The notes under the pieces were generated by a model. It did no database searches. It was not told the origin of the DNA and saw only the letters and a program-made list of their open reading frames with translations. A DNA stretch of 64,000 bases from Vitrella brassicaformis CCMP3155 (taxonomy: Eukaryota; Protista; Chromerida). A program made the position numbers and the translations under genes. Positions within the stretch are counted from its first letter, which is position 1. The number at the start of each line of letters is the position of its first letter. Where the stretch lies: positions 1-64,000 of the forward strand of contig CDMY01000013.1 in the NCBI GenBank assembly GCA_001179505.1, read 5' to 3'. Positions 59,301 to 64,000 of the stretch are shown piece by piece.

Positions 59301-62300
59301 ATGCCGTTCGTTCAGGCGGCAGCATCCTCTGCCCGCCGTGGGTCTGGTGGCAGCCCCCACCGGCCCCTTATTCCTCCGAGCCTACTCAGACACTCCAGCC
59401 GTAAGTGCAGGCCAGGCACAAGGAGATGGACGAGGGATATATATGAGATACTTCTTTCCATTTTCTCTCATTTCTGTGTCTGTCTGTCTGTCTGTCTGTG
59501 TCTGCAGGTCAGCGCAAGGAGAAGCGCCTGCATCCGGATGAGGTCAGCGATATGTACGCCGCCAGACACCTCGTCGACAGCGACAACCAGCAGCAGCAGC
59601 AGCAGCTCAAGAAGGAGGCCCCGCGGCCCCGGCCCAAGAAGGCCAAACAGAAGAAGACCCCCAAATCAGCCTTGGCGCCATCCTCCGCCCCCGAGGCGCC
59701 ACTGCCTGGTGCAGGCCCACCTGACGCCCTGATGGACGACAGCGGTGCCATCAAGCTGGCCAACATCGATGAGGGGTTCAGCTATGTGGGCTACAAGGTG
59801 TCGCTGTCGGTGCCTGCTTTGCGGGAGCGACATCCCCAGGTGGCCGCGACGCTGCTGGGCCACAGCGGTCGGAAGGATCGGCAGACGGTGGAGGCCGTCA
59901 TCAAGTTCTACTACCCCAAGTTCCGCAAGTTCTTCCTCCATTTTCTCGTCCCCGAGACCCCCACGTCAGCCGCAGCATCGGCAGGCACCACCAAGAGGGG
60001 CGGCGGCAAGGCAGCGGGGAAGAAGGGCGGAGCCGACAAGAAGGACGGCGACATCGATGCCCCTCGCGATGATGACGACGACGGCGAGTTCCGCTTCTCG
60101 CGCCGCATCTCCCAGCGCATGTGGATGAACCCCAGCGTGTTCAGCATCAAGCCAGTCTCCGACTCCCCGGTGTGGCTGCGGCCCGATGAGCCGCTGCTCG
60201 AGGCCAAGAGGGGCGCCTCGATGCTGCTGGGAGGCGATGGGGCCATGTTCACCCCCGACGTCCGGTCACCGGCACCGCAATCGCGCCACCTCAGTTCGCC
60301 GCCGCCCAGTGGGAGCCCCTCACGGCCCAAGGAAGAAGACGTCAAGATGGAGCCGGGAGGCGCCAGGGCACCCGCACCACCAGCCACGGTGGCCACATCC
60401 GCCGCTGCAGCAGCTGCAGCGGCTGGGGGAGATGAGGCCGTGCAGGAGGACCTACCGGCCGAGAAGCCCAGGACGCCCCGAGCCCGCTCCCCTGAGCGTC
60501 GTCCCCGCCGGCCGCCTGGTGTGCTGGGAACTCCATCTGGCCACTCGGGTCAGTCGGGGAGCTCCACCAGGGGCTGGAAGCCATGCCAGACATGTGGCCA
60601 GCGCGTCGATCACATCCGCGGCCATGGAGAGGCCAAGGACGTGCTGGACCGTGACGGCGAGAGGGACACGGAGGGCGAGAATGGTGGTGGTGAGGGTCGT
60701 GGCGTCAAGAGGAAGCGGAGGCATGCGGGTGATGATGGCGGCTTGGCGTGGGGGCTGCAGTGCTGTCGGTGCGGCGAGACGTACCACGGACACTGCCTGC
60801 TGCCGCACCAGCGGAAGGTCCCACCGAGGTAGGTGCGTGGGTTTGGTAGCAATATGACTGACACATCACATCCTCGTGAGTTCGTTCGGTGTCCTTTTCT
60901 GTATCTGCCTGTCATGTGTGTACTGTACGTCTGTCTACAGGGCTGAGGAGGCGCAGTTGATGGCTGTGAATCGCATCCACGAGGACTACCTCAAGAAGGT
61001 CGAGCTGGAGCGGCAGCGACTGGTAAGCAAGGAAGGAAGAGAAAACCACACACTGACTGACTGACAATTGAATTAAGACGCATATATATCACATCCATCT
61101 GATCTGGTGCCCTGCCCGTGTGTCTACTGTACGTGTCATCAGGAGCGTGAGCACGCGGAACTTCTGGAGCAGGAGCGGCAGGCCAGGGAGGCCGGCCGCC
61201 TTAGACGCCTCAAGAAACTGCAGGAGGAGGAGGAGGCACTGGCCATACAAACCGCCGCCCAGAACGCCTCCGACGGTGCAGCCTCAGCCTCAGCTGCGGC
61301 CGGCCCCCTCCCTCCGCGCAAGGCGAAGGCTGGTCGGCCCTCCAAGCGGCAGAAGATCGACCCAATGGAGGTGTTGCGTGCCGTGGACGCGGGTGACGTG
61401 CCGGACGACGTGGCGCTGCTCATCCACAAGCACTGCGGGCTGCCCAGCTCCCTGGTCCTCAACAAGGTGCGTCTGATGGCCGGCCCCAAGGCGGCCGGCG
61501 TGTCGGACGCCACCATCGAGCGGCTGGCCAACGAGTACAAGAAGCACCGCAGGCGGGCCAGGGGCGCAGCCGCCGACGAGGAGTCCAAGCAGCAGCAGCA
61601 GCAGCAGCAGCTCGCCAAGAGTGACCAGGGCAGCAAGGCTAGCGAATCAGACCATGGGGGAGAGGGCAGCGAGGTCAGCGGCGCCGCACCAATGGCTGCC
61701 GAGGCACAGGCACCGACCGAGCCATCAGCGGAGGGCAACGGCGAGGAGGCCAAGAGTGAGGCGGAGAGTGGGGCCAAGGAGGGGGCGCAGTCTTCGGAAG
61801 CCCCACCTCCTGTTGCTGCTGCAGATGGGGCAGACAAGGGAGCAGATGCAGCTGAGATGACGACTGGGGAGAAGCAGGCCCCCGATGAGCCGATGGAGGA
61901 CGCCCACAAGGCCGACGATGCCCCCAATGAGCAGCAGCAGCAGCAAGAGCCACCAGCAGCGGCAGCCAACGGCCCCGCGTCGATGGAGGTCGACCAGCAA
62001 CCATCTCAGCAGGACGCCGCACCGAAGCAGGAGACTGATAACGGCCCCATGGAAGCGCCGCCATCGGGTCACCAGGATGCCGCCGCAACCGCAGTGGTCG
62101 ACGAGGGCAGTGGCGAGGCCGCCAAGGAAGAGAAGGACGATGAGGTCATGGTGGCCGAAGAGGAGGAAGCGTCGCCAGCAGCACAAAAGGAACCAAAGGA
62201 CCAGAGCATCGCACCGCCGTCACCTGACGCACCCGCAAGCGCTGCCACAGGTGCGGCGGACCACCACGGCGGCGCCGTGAAGGAGGAGAAGCCATCTGAT

Positions 62301-64000
62301 GGGGCGCAGGCAGGGCCGGGAGAAGCGTCGGCTGCGGCCATCGACCTCGAGCCCCCCACCCATCCCGCTGGTGCCGATGAGGAGTGCGAGGATGTGGAGG
62401 ATGAGGACGAGTACGATGACGGTCCGTATGGCGCGGATGCGCTGCGGTGGGTGTGCCCCCACTGCCACATCTGCCGCTACTGCTGCGAACCACTGGAAGA
62501 CGTTCCCGGACTAGAGCTGGCGGTATGCATGTATCCTAAGCAAGAGAGGCAAGGCAGTGGGGCGTCACATTCACATTCACATCACACGCGCATCACATCA
62601 TCCGTGTGTCTGTGTGTCGTGTGTGTCATCCACCGTGGTTCGGTTTGAACAGACGTCTGGCGGCAAGGGCAAGAAGAAGCAGGAGAGCAAGAAGGTGGAC
62701 GAGATCGAGAAGCATGTGGTGTGTTTCGGCTGCAACATGGCCGCTCACGGCGCATGCTGCCCCGGGACGGTTCCTGCGCTCACCGAGGGCTCGCAGTGGC
62801 GGTGCGACGCGTGCCTCAAGTGCTCGTCGTGCGGCCGGCGTGAGAAGGATGAGACAAACTACGCCGCATGGGTCAACGACTTCAACGTCTGCGCGCCGTA
62901 AGTCGAGTTGACACACATGCACTCACTGCACACAGCCAGGTCCCTTTCTGTCTGTCTGTCTGTCTGTCTGTTGTGTATCTATGCTTGTGTTGGCTGGTTT
63001 GGCGGCTGCATTCGTGACGTGAATGGAATACATTGCAGGTGTTTCAACAACAAGCGTGTGGGCAACTACTGCCTCATCTGCAACCGCATCTGGGTCGACG
63101 AGAGCGAGCCCGGCATCAGATGTGACGCCTGCAAGTGAGCCGAGCCGACACACACAGAGGGACGGGAGGGGCCCACAAGACAAGCCCCGCATCAATCCAA
63201 TCCGTTGCTGGCTGGCTGTCCATTGTCCATCAGGGGGTGGATCCACGCAGCATGTGGTGGCATCGATGCGGCTCAGCTGGCCGAGTACGAGCGCAACAAG
63301 AAGGCCGTCTACCGCTGCCCCGTGTGCAGCAGCAACGAGGACAGCGGCCGGTACCAGCGCATCGTCGAGGGCCTCCTGGACTTCGACAAGCTGGAGCTGT
63401 TTACCTCCCCTGTGGGCGGCGAGGTCCTCTCACTCTATGCCAGGGTCGTCCAGAACCCCATGGACCTGCTCACCATGAAGAAGCGGGTATCATATCAAGG
63501 GGAAGGAAGGAAGGCACCATCACGGACGATGGATGGGTATGGGACGGCCGCCTTTCTGTATGCTATGTGCAGGCGAAGAGCGGTCATTACAAGACGCTGA
63601 TGGATTTCCTGAACGACTTCGACCTCATCATCGGAAACGCTAAGGTCAATGCAATGCCTCACTCACACACAGCCAGGTTGCCGGTGCCACTCGTGTGTGT
63701 GTGATGTGATGTGATGTCTTGTGTGTTTCTGACCACCTGTCCTCTCGTCTTGCAGATCTTCAACATGCCCAACAGCCGGCCGTACAAGGAGGCGGAGCGG
63801 CTCGAGAAGCACGGCATCGCACTCATGCACGATATCCTGGGCGTCAAGGAGAAGGAGACCAAGCGCATGCTCGCCGCTAAGCGGGCCGCACCACCGGAGG
63901 TAGTCAACGGCAGCCAGCCCTCAGGCGCCAGCATCCATGAAGACGCTCTCCATGACGACACACCGGCATCCGCATGCGCGTAGGCAACACACAAGACACG
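56311..64000 (+). CDS. Chromatin reader protein: PWWP, Tudor-like, multiple PHD fingers and a bromodomain; probable SET1/trithorax-like methyltransferase (3' partial)
   Basis: VWMKWNKAPWPAR...LWVEFFD (PWWP). CQTCG...CCRCGETYHGHC, CPHCHICRYC, CFGCNMAAHGAC...WRCDACLKCSSC and YCLICNR...CDACK|GWIHAACGG...YRCPVC (PHDs). FTSPV...YARVVQNPMDLLTMK...FLNDFDLIIGNAK|IFN (bromodomain). No SET domain is visible within the window. Confidence 0.85.
56651..57325 (+). repeat. Internal coding duplications in the low-complexity N-terminus
   Basis: gcggcagcggcagcagcagcagctactgcgggggatg at ~56657 and ~56851. SKDEGAGDPSSAAAAAAAAKPA (~56761-56826) vs RKDDGVGEPSSAAAAAAAAAKPA (~57253-57323). Confidence 0.85.

Overview
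Intron-rich, GC-rich eukaryotic nuclear DNA. Short GT-AG introns are full of (GT)n/(CA)n/(GA)n/TGTC microsatellites; the style and gene families suggest a chromerid alveolate such as Vitrella brassicaformis (inference, not verified). 1) About 0.1-18.7 kb is an accessory/mobile block. It holds a decayed ~9.3 kb, 7-intron Helitron-like gene that I reconstruct as one ~2,900 aa protein: acidic tract, zinc knuckle/Cys clusters, HUH Rep, PIF1 helicase and a C-terminal SLX1-like GIY-YIG nuclease. Convergent with it is a decayed OTU-protease plus RING gene, followed by a RING gene with a truncated TLDc and an ankyrin gene. A ~92% identical sequence block (784-945 and 14800-15042) sits between the divergent gene pairs at both ends of the RepHel/OTU unit and carries the ATG of both leftward genes. 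2) About 19-37 kb holds an SMP-30 lactonase, TrpD, a SAM methyltransferase, a secreted bacterial-type DUF5060 hydrolase, a THUMP protein, an NKAPD1-like protein and a PhzE-type fused anthranilate/ADIC synthase, so two Trp-pathway genes lie ~11 kb apart. 3) About 37-64 kb holds hypothetical genes, a PTC7-type PP2C, a lineage-specific family gene, a multi-exon C2-like protein, a GDP-fucose-type transporter and the 5' part of a PWWP/PHD/bromodomain SET1/trithorax-like gene. I saw no rRNA, tRNA or CRISPR array. All gene models were spliced by eye, so boundaries are approximate.
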